The notes beneath the pieces are model-generated. The model saw only the letters and a list, made by a program, of their open reading frames with translations. It made no database searches and was not told the origin of the DNA. This document shows, piece by piece, positions 50,448 through 59,640 of a stretch of DNA of 64,000 nucleotides. Source of the stretch: Candidatus Thorarchaeota archaeon SMTZ1-45 (GTDB lineage Archaea > Asgardarchaeota > Thorarchaeia > Thorarchaeales > Thorarchaeaceae); NCBI GenBank assembly GCA_001563335.1, contig LRSL01000058.1, positions 1-64,000 of the forward strand. Direction: 5' to 3'. The translations under genes were made by a program, and so were the position numbers. Position 1 is the stretch's first letter, and each line of letters opens with the position of its first letter.

Positions 50448-50807
50448 GTGATAATGATGGAGTTTATAGAAAAACCTATACTAGTCCTTGTAACGAGTAG
50501 ACCCTTTGGAAAAATCATAGCTGCTGAGGGTTGGCGTGCAGCGGTAGGAATGTTCGGAATGGACCACACACCTCAGTTACTTTTTCTTGGGAATGGCGTT
50601 TATGGCTTAATGAAGGACCAAGATATCATGCATATCCGAATGTTCAAATCAACATTCGAGAGCTTTGATGGTCGTATTTGTGCAAGTAAGAAGTCTCTTG
50701 AGGAGAGGAACATCTCTGCTGATGAAATCTTCGAGAACGTGGAAGTTCTAGAAGAAGAAGAAGTTGCGAAAGCATTTGTCGAGAATGAAATTGTACTGAC
50801 ATTTTGA
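50448..50807 (+). CDS. dsrF: DsrF/TusC-type protein
   Basis: P.G...AAEG.R, LF...GVY and SLEER motifs; operon position. Confidence 0.75.
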   Translation: MIMMEFIEKPILVLVTSRPFGKIIAAEGWRAAVGMFGMDHTPQLLFLGNGVYGLMKDQDIMHIRMFKSTFESFDGRICASKKSLEERNISADEIFENVEVLEEEEVAKAFVENEIVLTF

Positions 50808-50814
50808 GGAGGAA

Positions 50815-51120
50815 ATGAAAGTGAGGTATCTAATTTGGCTCTCTAATCAATGTACCAGCGTAAGAGAAATAATTGAGGTTATGAAGACACAGGGTATCGA
50901 AACTGATTTACTATTAGTTCAAGACGGAGTATATCTCGTAGACAAAGGTTGTCCACATACAGCTGAGATCCAAGACCTTAAGGTCAAAGTTCACGCCTTA
51001 AAACAACACATAGAAGAACGAGGTATTAGTGCAAGACTAGTTGTTGATGTGGACCAAATTGAGTATCCTGAGTTGGTTGACCTGCTCATGGAGAAATATG
51101 ATAAAGTCATCTCTTTATAG
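50815..51120 (+). CDS. dsrH: DsrH/TusB-type protein
   Basis: LLL.QDGVY, ERGI and Y..LVDL motifs. Confidence 0.8.
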   Translation: MKVRYLIWLSNQCTSVREIIEVMKTQGIETDLLLVQDGVYLVDKGCPHTAEIQDLKVKVHALKQHIEERGISARLVVDVDQIEYPELVDLLMEKYDKVISL

Positions 51121-51138
51121 ATAAAGTAGTAAAAGAAC

Positions 51139-51576
51139 ATGAATAAAAACGAGGGTGAGAATCAAGTGTCTGAGAAGATCTATGTTATCAGTTGTAGTCA
51201 AGATTTATTGAGTCTTGGAATGGACAGGTTGAGAACTGCTGTTGATGGTATGGAGGAGCGAACTCTTTCATTAGACTGGTCGAAGGTAAGATTAGTTCCC
51301 GTAATTGCAAATGAGAAGGTTGCTTTCACTGTGGGAGAACAACAATTTGTACCGATAAAGCCAATCTCAATTCCAGCAAATGCAGTAGTAGTCCAATCAT
51401 ATTATGGTGTCAACGGAATGGGTCATTTATCATGCATAGGCTCGCAAGAGTTCAAAAGACCTGATGAAGACAGGACTGCGGATATGTCTATATTTCAATC
51501 GAGAATCAAAGCCTCTGTCCTTAAAGGAGACCTGCTTGGTCAGGTTTTGATAGTTCCAGGCAAGCAACATGCTTAG
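51139..51576 (+). CDS. DUF22-like protein
   Basis: PVIA.E, IKPI.IP.N, Y..NG.GH and GDLLG pattern. Confidence 0.6.
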   Translation: MNKNEGENQVSEKIYVISCSQDLLSLGMDRLRTAVDGMEERTLSLDWSKVRLVPVIANEKVAFTVGEQQFVPIKPISIPANAVVVQSYYGVNGMGHLSCIGSQEFKRPDEDRTADMSIFQSRIKASVLKGDLLGQVLIVPGKQHA

Positions 51577-51624
51577 TAAAATCAAATTCTATTAATGAGG
51601 ACAAGTTCTTTGGTTTCTATACAA

Positions 51625-52506
51625 TCAGAGACCCCGTAAATAACTTGGCCTCAATCTACTTTCATCATCACTTCTAATTATATCTGATAGAACCTGCACC
51701 ATTGCTTCTTTATCCCTGCCAAGTGTACCTCTAATTGGCAAGTAGTTTGAGGCGTGATTTGTCCTGAATATGCAATTCGTTAGCTCAAGTCCTTCAACTA
51801 GGATTTTGAGTTCCTTTAGAATATCCATTGGGTCCATTGGCTCAAACTCTCGGTCTTTAATCATCTCGCTTATCCGTGTGCCTGGAGGTGTCATCAGCGT
51901 TAAAGCTCCAATGTATTCTGGATCAATTTCGTTGAGTGCTTTCGCTGTTGCCTGTGCATGTCGTTCAGAGTGTTCCAGACCACCGAGTCCGAGAATGATT
52001 GTGAGCGAAAGTGGTATACTCGCATTCCGAATCTTCTTGCATGCATCAATGTTCTCCCTGGAACCCACACCCTTTCTAGCCCAGCGTAGTAATTCATCAT
52101 CACCTGTTTCAAGTCCTAGATACACAATGCCAAGACCTGCATCTTTGATTGATATCAGGTTATCAACTGTCTTGTCCCGTACGTCTCTTGCATAGCCATA
52201 AATCCCTACACGCTCTAGCATTGGCAGCTCTGGTTTCAGTACATTCAATGTTTTGATTAATTCGTCAGTTGACATAGCAAGAGCATTACCATCAGCTAAA
52301 AAGACTCGTTTTACATGTTGCTTATACTCATGAGGAAGTGTGTTCAAATCTGATTGTACACCTTTTGCACCTCGAACCTTGTAGCTCTTCTGTTTATATG
52401 AAACACAAAAAATGCAGGCATTATGAGAACATCCTACTGTGGCTTGAAGTATTAAACTTCTAGCCTCACTCGGAGGTCTCCAAATACTTCCTTCATAGGG
52501 GAGCAT
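51625..52506 (-). CDS. Radical SAM protein
   Basis: RPPSEA.S..LQ.T.GCSHNAC.FC, FLADG.A, Y.G.E.G and NHASNY motifs. Confidence 0.92.
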   Translation of the reverse strand: MLPYEGSIWRPPSEARSLILQATVGCSHNACIFCVSYKQKSYKVRGAKGVQSDLNTLPHEYKQHVKRVFLADGNALAMSTDELIKTLNVLKPELPMLERVGIYGYARDVRDKTVDNLISIKDAGLGIVYLGLETGDDELLRWARKGVGSRENIDACKKIRNASIPLSLTIILGLGGLEHSERHAQATAKALNEIDPEYIGALTLMTPPGTRISEMIKDREFEPMDPMDILKELKILVEGLELTNCIFRTNHASNYLPIRGTLGRDKEAMVQVLSDIIRSDDESRLRPSYLRGL

Positions 52507-52665
52507 TGAACATCACTATAATTAGGATTCAGAGAATAACTCCTCATCATCTTTTGGGTCTAACGTATGAACTAGAAACTGGCTGAGAATAGCAATGGTT
52601 TTTCGAGAATTCCATAAGGTCAAAAGGACAAAATTGTCAGGGTGAAAATCCGAGGTTTGATTTAG

Positions 52666-53454
52666 ATGACAAACCATGAAGATGCATTTGAAAGGACTGA
52701 AAAAATCATTAATTACTTTCATCAACTTTTAGTAATGGCAAAAGAGGAGGGAGACATCGGTTTTGCTAGTTTTAACACCGTATTTGACAAACTGATGCCC
52801 ATCCAACAAAATAAGCTCAAAACAATAGTGGGTAATCAATTTGAAACTCTAATGAATAAAGGTTCCATTGTCTGTATAGGAGTGAGTTATAGAGGTCCAA
52901 TCATGGATTGCATTAATTATGTAACAGAGGATGGTGTTGATTATCAACTCTGGAATAATTACGCATCGGAATACAATAGGCTCAACCAAATGCTCAATCA
53001 AATGTCTAAAGACATAGCTACTCATTTTGGTGGTATACCATTAGATGCAACAATCGGAGGTATAATCGATAAGATCAATCACGTATCAGATTATTTTGGG
53101 ATGGTTCTTTCTCATAGGATCGTCGCGGAAAACTCCGGATTAGGATGGCGTGGAAAAAATCAATTAATCATTCATGACCGATTTAGTTGTGCTATCCGAT
53201 TTGCATCCATCATTGTACCTTACCCACTGAAATATGGTGAGAAAGGTGAATCACAGTGTGGCTCTTGCACTGCATGCGAAGATGTTTGCAGTTTCATTAG
53301 GAACAGAGAAAAATTGCCAGATTATCGTGAAAACTGCAGAAGATATATTCTACATCTCAAATTACAGGGAATCGAGAGAGACATCTGTGGGAAATGTATC
53401 AAAGCTTGTTACCTGAGTAGCATCTTCAAAGATGTATTCGAACTTCCGCTCTAG
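52666..53454 (+). CDS. QueG / reductive-dehalogenase-like Fe-S protein
   Basis: SHR..A...GLGW.GKN, CGSCTAC..VC and CGKCIKAC motifs. Confidence 0.8.
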   Translation: MTNHEDAFERTEKIINYFHQLLVMAKEEGDIGFASFNTVFDKLMPIQQNKLKTIVGNQFETLMNKGSIVCIGVSYRGPIMDCINYVTEDGVDYQLWNNYASEYNRLNQMLNQMSKDIATHFGGIPLDATIGGIIDKINHVSDYFGMVLSHRIVAENSGLGWRGKNQLIIHDRFSCAIRFASIIVPYPLKYGEKGESQCGSCTACEDVCSFIRNREKLPDYRENCRRYILHLKLQGIERDICGKCIKACYLSSIFKDVFELPL

Positions 53455-53524
53455 ATTTGTTGCAAGATTAATAACCATTCAGGAGTAACTGTAGGTAAGT
53501 AGATTGTTGTTCTTGTAGAGCAAT

Positions 53525-54280
53525 ATGGGAATCATGGTCGGAGGCATCAAAACGTTCACTAGTCTAGATTTGATTTCACTCTCAGTCGGAGTTTCACCTA
53601 TCAACAGATTTAGCATATTATTCTGGCAGGAACTAGAAGATTTACTAGGTCCCATCTTAGGACCCATTGTAAGAGGGTTCTTTGAACCAGTATATAGAAC
53701 ATTTGAAGACACTGTCTTTAGATCTCAGTTCATGTTTACAGTAATTTGGACTGCGATGATCATTTGTGGTCTGGTCTTTGTGATATATGAAGCTCCTAGT
53801 TTCTTGAGTTGGATCATGGGAACTCAACCTACAACACCCAAAAGACAAGCAACCTCTAGGCCAAGTAAAACACGAGCTCAACGAGTTTCAGAGGATTCCC
53901 ATAGAGTCACAAAATCCAAAGTACAGGAAGAGCGAGAGCGATTAAAAGCTGTAGTTGAAAGATCGGGAGTCAAGGTTCATTCCTCAGTCAGACGAATGAA
54001 AGAAGAGCTACTTCTAGATGTGTCTGTACATAACGGAAGTAATCATCAGATTGACATGGTGGTTGTAGATATTGACCTGCCTGTTGATATTAACACGGCA
54101 ATTGGGTCTTTCAGAATGCAAAGACTTGGTACAATTGGAGTCGATGAAACCCAAGTTGCTGAGTTCAGACTTCAGGAACGTGGGGGCGATATCACTAAAA
54201 TCGGTGGTCATGTTGAGTTTCTTAGTGCCTCTTATGAAGTATCAAAGATAATGCTGCCACAGCCAGAGATTGTGGAATAG
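53525..54280 (+). CDS. Membrane protein with C-terminal beta-sandwich domain
   Basis: One TM (FMFTVIW...VIY), basic low-complexity linker, alternating beta-strand pattern. Confidence 0.7.
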   Translation: MGIMVGGIKTFTSLDLISLSVGVSPINRFSILFWQELEDLLGPILGPIVRGFFEPVYRTFEDTVFRSQFMFTVIWTAMIICGLVFVIYEAPSFLSWIMGTQPTTPKRQATSRPSKTRAQRVSEDSHRVTKSKVQEERERLKAVVERSGVKVHSSVRRMKEELLLDVSVHNGSNHQIDMVVVDIDLPVDINTAIGSFRMQRLGTIGVDETQVAEFRLQERGGDITKIGGHVEFLSASYEVSKIMLPQPEIVE

Positions 54281-54287
54281 AGTCCGA

Positions 54288-54803
54288 TTAATACATATCA
54301 TATCCGGATGACGCCAGTCTTTGTTGTTCGTCAGAACCTCCACGGAGCATAGCTGTTGATTTCATGTATTCTCCATAATCTTCCCCAAATCTTGAGAGCA
54401 TCATCTGATCCTCATAACGTGCCAAGATGTACCAAACTGCTATGCAAATTGCCACAGCTGGAATCATCATAAAAGACCTATAGAAACAGGCATAGGCGAG
54501 ATTCATGTAGATCATGGCTGCAGATATTGGTTGTCTGATTTTAGCATATATTCCCTTGCTTAGAAAGTCTTCAAGATCAGCAGGTCTGATTCGAGATTCT
54601 TTGAAACTATGTGCTTTGGTTAGATATCGAATGAATTTCAAGCTAAAATAACATCCGCCCATAACGAAAATGAAATCCCAAAGATCTGCAGTGGGTTTCA
54701 TCAATCCCGCACCATACCATAACAAACCTGCAAAGTTGAAGATTGCTAGTAATGGCCGCCAGAAGTTATACATCCCAATTGGTCCTGATGTATCTGAACT
54801 CAT
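54288..54803 (-). CDS. ICMT/PEMT-like membrane methyltransferase family protein
   Basis: G.Y..IR.P and ED..M..RFG..Y.EY motifs. Confidence 0.8.
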   Translation of the reverse strand: MSSDTSGPIGMYNFWRPLLAIFNFAGLLWYGAGLMKPTADLWDFIFVMGGCYFSLKFIRYLTKAHSFKESRIRPADLEDFLSKGIYAKIRQPISAAMIYMNLAYACFYRSFMMIPAVAICIAVWYILARYEDQMMLSRFGEDYGEYMKSTAMLRGGSDEQQRLASSGYDMY

Positions 54804-55101
54804 CTCTCGTTGTTACCCTCATATCTGATTTTATCTTGAAGAAAGATAACTCTTAGCCATAACCTTGATTTTAAATTGATAAAAAGGGGTGTTTGAATAG
54901 CGGCGTATACCAACGAATAATTGCCATCATGATTAAAGAACCAAATCAAACATTATTCAATTTAGATTAGGTGGTTTACAGGAGTATGTTATATTATATC
55001 TCAATCTGGGCTTAAATGGGCTTGTAATTTTTTTGTACACGTTGTCAATTTATCATTGTAAACGTTGATGAGATGATGTGACTTATCCGTAAGAATTCAG
55101 T

Positions 55102-55289
55102 GTAAACGTTAAGCTATTTCGCGCCATTCAAAAAGAGTGGAAGCTAGAACTCTAATGTATAAGCCTATTTGTATCGTATTTTCTTATTTCTATATTGATT
55201 TGTATTGATTATAGCCTAAAAAATCTCAATTTGTATTGTAATAGGCAACTTTCATAGAATGGAATATGGCGCGAAAAGCTTGCGTTTAC
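55102..55289. repeat. ~25-bp imperfect inverted repeat enclosing three 31-bp-spaced ATTTGTATYG repeats
   Basis: GTAAACGTTAAGCTATTTCGCGCCAT (55102-55127) versus ATGGCGCGAAAAGCTTGCGTTTAC (55266-55289); inner repeats start at 55167, 55198, 55229. Confidence 0.75.
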
Positions 55290-55364
55290 TATAGAAACCC
55301 TATTTCTTTATATTTGGGATAGCGTGTACTCTCTTTTGTCTACCGCCGGGAGGGTACGACACAT

Positions 55365-55634
55365 ATGATGATGTTCAGCAGAATGCTCAGACGACAGGGT
55401 TTCTATCGAGTTAAAAACCAAGACGACCCAGTATACATGAAGCACGGGGTTGGACTTGGTGGTATTTATGTGAGGATTGAACACAAAAAAGCGTTGATAC
55501 AGGTTCGAGATCTTGGAATTGAAGAAGAGTTCACCAAGGTCAAGAAGCTTGAGAATTTTATCAATGAACTTGAAGATCAAGCGTATCGTGAGAAGTGTTT
55601 CATTGTCCATCGAATGCGAGGCACTGGGTCCTAA
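55365..55634 (+). CDS. Small basic hypothetical protein (89 aa)
   Basis: GGGAGG RBS and TTTATAT TATA-like box upstream; alpha/beta pattern. Confidence 0.8.
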   Translation: MMMFSRMLRRQGFYRVKNQDDPVYMKHGVGLGGIYVRIEHKKALIQVRDLGIEEEFTKVKKLENFINELEDQAYREKCFIVHRMRGTGS

Positions 55635-55733
55635 TTCTCCTCTCTCTCTTTACTGGCCTGGCGAAAACTCGCTGGGCCACTCTCACTCTAACTATTTTGA
55701 GAGTGGTTCTTATACTAAACCACAGAATCCAGT

Positions 55734-57140
55734 ATGGGGCAGAATGTGAGAGATACCGTTGTTTCATTTCTTCGTGCAATCAACAATGGTGATTATGTTG
55801 CAGCTTTTTCTATTCTTGACAAGATAGTTACTGTAGGTGAAGTGGAACTCTTCTCTATGATGTTAGAACAAATTATTCTGTGGGAAGGCAATCCTTCACG
55901 CTACAAATTGAAAGTTCGTGATTGTATTGCAGAATATCTTGGATTTGGAGCTGTGTATTTTGCTATTTTGAAGCCTTCATATGCTATATTCAAAATGGTG
56001 TCCGGAGTTTCAAGTAGAAAGGAAGCGCGAGATTTTCTAATTCAAACCGTCATAGAATTGGTCACGAAAAATTCTCCCCTTGTCGATTTATCGTTTGTAG
56101 AAATAGATACACTGAAAGAAACGCCCTATGTCGTCCTAATCCCATACACATTATCAAAAAGAGCCTATGAGCTAGAAGGCTGTAAAATTCCATATTCATA
56201 TCATCTCTCTACTTCTGGTGAGGAACTGAAACATAGATATTGTCTTGCAGATCTTCAACAGACTCACTATGGAAGGAAAATTCTGAATGCGTTCAATTTC
56301 GATGGTGATTATCCAATAATAGGACAATCTGACTTTTTAATACTCCAAGAGATTTTGCAGTCTTTCGGGTATGATGTGAGTTCAATGATGGTCGAAGTGT
56401 CTGAGGAAGATTGGTCCCAGCTCATCATGAAGAGAGTTCAATATCTTGGACTAAAGTGTAGGGAATCAGATGAAATGTGGCTCCTTCACACAACCTACAT
56501 GGCAATGATAAGATTTGGATCTGAGGACATCAATATACGGGAAGAAGCTCTTAGAACTATTGAGGAGGTCGAAACCAAACATTGTAATGACGCGTTAGTA
56601 CCATTACTTGGAAATGGTACAAAGTCTTTGAATTTGAGAGTAATTAGGATATTCGAATCTACACATGATTATTCAAAGATAGATTGTTTGTGTAGTCTGA
56701 TTCCTGAATCAACTGGTGCTGAAAGGGAATCACTCTTCAAAGCTATCTCGGTCATTGAGTCGGCTCAATATTTCACACCTGGTGGAATTCCTTCAGCTCA
56801 ACCAAGAATTGAAACGTCTACTGAAATACATAATCAAGAAGTGACTTCAAGATATCTAGAAGCTTTGAGCAAGCTCTCAAAAGCATCATCTCCCGATGCT
56901 AAAATTGACTCCGTTCAAGCATTATCTGCATTTCAAGAAAAAGGAATAGAGAATCATCTCCGACGACTCATGGATGATGAAAATCCAAGAGTTAGATTTG
57001 CTGTACTGGAAGCTAGTCATGATCTCCCAAAAAATCAAGCAGCAGATCTTGTCCGTTTGGGACTACAAGATGATGATGCTACAATTAAGAATAAAGCTCT
57101 AGACCTCCTTGAAGAAAGATGGTCAGATAGCTATTTGTAA
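55734..57140 (+). CDS. HEAT-repeat-containing protein
   Basis: C-terminal L.D.NPRVR.A and L.D.D..I...A HEAT-like units. Confidence 0.75.
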   Translation: MGQNVRDTVVSFLRAINNGDYVAAFSILDKIVTVGEVELFSMMLEQIILWEGNPSRYKLKVRDCIAEYLGFGAVYFAILKPSYAIFKMVSGVSSRKEARDFLIQTVIELVTKNSPLVDLSFVEIDTLKETPYVVLIPYTLSKRAYELEGCKIPYSYHLSTSGEELKHRYCLADLQQTHYGRKILNAFNFDGDYPIIGQSDFLILQEILQSFGYDVSSMMVEVSEEDWSQLIMKRVQYLGLKCRESDEMWLLHTTYMAMIRFGSEDINIREEALRTIEEVETKHCNDALVPLLGNGTKSLNLRVIRIFESTHDYSKIDCLCSLIPESTGAERESLFKAISVIESAQYFTPGGIPSAQPRIETSTEIHNQEVTSRYLEALSKLSKASSPDAKIDSVQALSAFQEKGIENHLRRLMDDENPRVRFAVLEASHDLPKNQAADLVRLGLQDDDATIKNKALDLLEERWSDSYL

Positions 57141-57198
57141 AGCCAAAGAAAAGAAATAAAATAGCTAGCTATTTGTTGCTTGTTGAAGCTCTGAAGTA

Positions 57199-58401
57199 TC
57201 AAGCCTTTCTTAATTTTGAAACCAAATATCTTGGGGCAGCTGCAAGAATTGCACTTCTGACTGGTCGTATTCCAGCAAGCATCTCTGCAATTATTCGAGT
57301 TGTTCTCTCTGAACTCAGAAATGTAGTGCCCAACGAACTTGATCCTGATTCAAGGAATCGTTTTTGCAACCAGAGCCCCCACTTAAGATCAGAACCAAAT
57401 GAGCTAGTCCATAATCGTTCATATCTAGATAGGCGATTGTCTGAAAAGTCTTTTTTTTGAATGCAATCTGCTGCAACATCGGCAGCACTATGGCCACCTA
57501 ACATGGAATAGTAAATACCCTCTCCTGTAATGGGTGAACAATGACACGCAGCATCTCCTGCAAGCATAATCCGGTTACCATATGAGGGTTTGACTATTCC
57601 TGCTAGAGGCATTAATGCAGCCTCTCTATTCACAAGCTCCGCTCTTGCATTCTGGAGTTCACTGGATGTAGGCTTCTTGTTTTCAACGAGTTCATCCAAA
57701 TATGATATTGTTCTCTTCTTGCTCGTTCTAACTATTTCCACTATACCTCCAGTACCCAAAACGGTTTCATATTTGCGAGGAAATGACCAAGCATACCCCC
57801 TCGGAGAAAATTCACTCCCATAATAGAAATCATTCACAATTTCTAGTGGGTACTTTGTTTTCATTTGGTATTGAACAGCATATCCTATTTGTGAATTCAT
57901 AGGTCGACTTCTTACTGGTGTAAATCGAATCGTAACTGGGTTTACACCACTTGCATCAATGATGAGATGTGATGATAGTAAACCAGTTTCATTTCCCTTC
58001 GTGTATCTTACTGTACATTTATCCTTGGTAGCTTCTGTTTCCCCACATTCGGTGTTAAGCCAAATCTCTTCAGAGCTTGTTTCTATTTGATTCAAAAGTG
58101 TTACACCTAGAACTTCTCGGCTGACGTTTACTCCAACTCGGTTTTCAAAATCAACTCTTTTCATTTCAAGTCCAGGGAACTTCATTCTGATTGATTTGAC
58201 ATCATGAGCGCTGGGGATTTGTTCCAGTCCAAATTCTTCTAACGCTCGAGCAGGAATATATCCTCCACATGCCTTGTAAGCTCCTGGTTTGTCCTCTCTT
58301 GAAATCAACGTGTACTCTATTCCATATTCTGAAAGCCTTTTCGCAGCTGAAAGTCCTGCAGGTCCTGCCCCAATTATTATTACATCTGTATCTACAGTCA
58401 T
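57199..58401 (-). CDS. Geranylgeranyl reductase family flavoprotein
   Basis: GAGPAG, KACGG, IDASG, GYAW.FP and GDAA...PITGEGI motifs. Confidence 0.92.
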   Translation of the reverse strand: MTVDTDVIIIGAGPAGLSAAKRLSEYGIEYTLISREDKPGAYKACGGYIPARALEEFGLEQIPSAHDVKSIRMKFPGLEMKRVDFENRVGVNVSREVLGVTLLNQIETSSEEIWLNTECGETEATKDKCTVRYTKGNETGLLSSHLIIDASGVNPVTIRFTPVRSRPMNSQIGYAVQYQMKTKYPLEIVNDFYYGSEFSPRGYAWSFPRKYETVLGTGGIVEIVRTSKKRTISYLDELVENKKPTSSELQNARAELVNREAALMPLAGIVKPSYGNRIMLAGDAACHCSPITGEGIYYSMLGGHSAADVAADCIQKKDFSDNRLSRYERLWTSSFGSDLKWGLWLQKRFLESGSSSLGTTFLSSERTTRIIAEMLAGIRPVRSAILAAAPRYLVSKLRKA

Positions 58402-58494
58402 TCTTCTAGATGTTTTCTTGTGAAATGGTCCTAATATTTTTGGTCTAAATGATAGTAAACGTTAGAATTGTCTGAAATCATTTTAGCAAGATTT

Positions 58495-58573
58495 GCGTGT
58501 ACTGACCTATGTTTTCTTCAAGGAGGGGTGTACCCCTGGCCAGCAAGGGGTGATTTTCTCGGTCAGTACACGC
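58495..58573. repeat. Perfect 13-bp inverted repeat enclosing a GC-rich hairpin
   Basis: GCGTGTACTGACC (58495-58507) / GGTCAGTACACGC (58561-58573); inner ACCCCT/AGGGGT. Confidence 0.8.
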
Positions 58574-58625
58574 TTGCTCGCTATTTCCGTTTAAGTACAC
58601 GTTGGTTTTTTTTGAGGAGCACATC

Positions 58626-58781
58626 ATGAAGGGAGGAGAGAAACTGAGTCGAGAAAGTATGAAACTGTACTCGGACGCGAGATCTTTACTCCGGCTGATG
58701 CTACGCGACTATTTCAGGAGTGTGAAACAGAGCGTTTACTACATGTTATTGATGTACACCTTGGTATATTGGACCTTGTAA
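58626..58781 (+). CDS. Possible 51-aa peptide with hydrophobic C-terminus
   Basis: GAGGAG RBS 6 nt before ATG; MKGGEKLSRESMKLYSDARSLLRLMLRDYFRSVKQSVYYMLLMYTLVYWTL; shorter than any ORF in the supplied track. Confidence 0.3.
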   Translation: MKGGEKLSRESMKLYSDARSLLRLMLRDYFRSVKQSVYYMLLMYTLVYWTL

Positions 58782-58919
58782 TATCTAGAACATTGTATCT
58801 AACAATAGATCGTGTATCTCATTAGTCAAGATGGGCTTGTTTTGTAGAGTGATAATGGCAAAGATCGATATTTACTACCCTTCAGGAAAGCATTTAGAAA
58901 TGAATTTCAGAGAGTTTTT

Positions 58920-59640
58920 TGGGTGTATTAACTTTTTTCGATAAGTTAACAATAGTTTAATCATTATAGTCTTATCGCTCAATTCTTGTCGATTTTTCGA
59001 AAGTTTTATTTAAACAATTAATTTTATTTTACAATAATTGTCTAAATAATAATTATTCCTATATTTGGTACAAATAATACCATTATAAGGAATTACGAGG
59101 CACTATCAAATTATTAAAGATCCATAGGTAAAATCTTTGGTATTGAATCTATGCCAAACTAAATACTATCAAGAGATCATAATCTAACCAACATTGTTGC
59201 TTGTTATTTTTCCACATACTCAATTTTCGTATTATATACATCATTATATAGAAACATCATTAAAGAAGCAGGGTTATTTACGCCAAAATGTAGTAGTACA
59301 CGCATATTGAGTATGAGTGTATGCTTATTATAGCAATTCATTCTATATCTATATTTGATAATCGAATATAAGTAAATTAGAGAAAATAATGTGTATATCT
59401 ATAAATCAGTAATTTTGAATAAGATGAATCGAATATTGTTTTTCATTTTATTGGCGCATTTATATCTGATTCAATTATGAGTTCCTCTATATAGTTAATA
59501 ATAGAATATATTAGGGGTATTAATTGAAATATATTAAATATATAACTAAAATATTTAATAATCAATTAATTATTAAAAATATAACCACTCAGTAAATAAT
59601 CGCTTTCGATTTTTCGAAAACTCAAGAAAAAATAGTAGAT
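58920..59640. other. Extremely AT-rich non-coding tract bracketed by 14-bp direct repeats
   Basis: Only 3 G/C in 59521-59580; TCGATTTTTCGAAA at 58989-59002 and 59606-59619. Confidence 0.75.

Noticed and set aside
55102-55289. MITE
   Set aside because: No target-site duplication, no second copy or transposase in the window, and the arms share a box found singly nearby. Not fully excluded.
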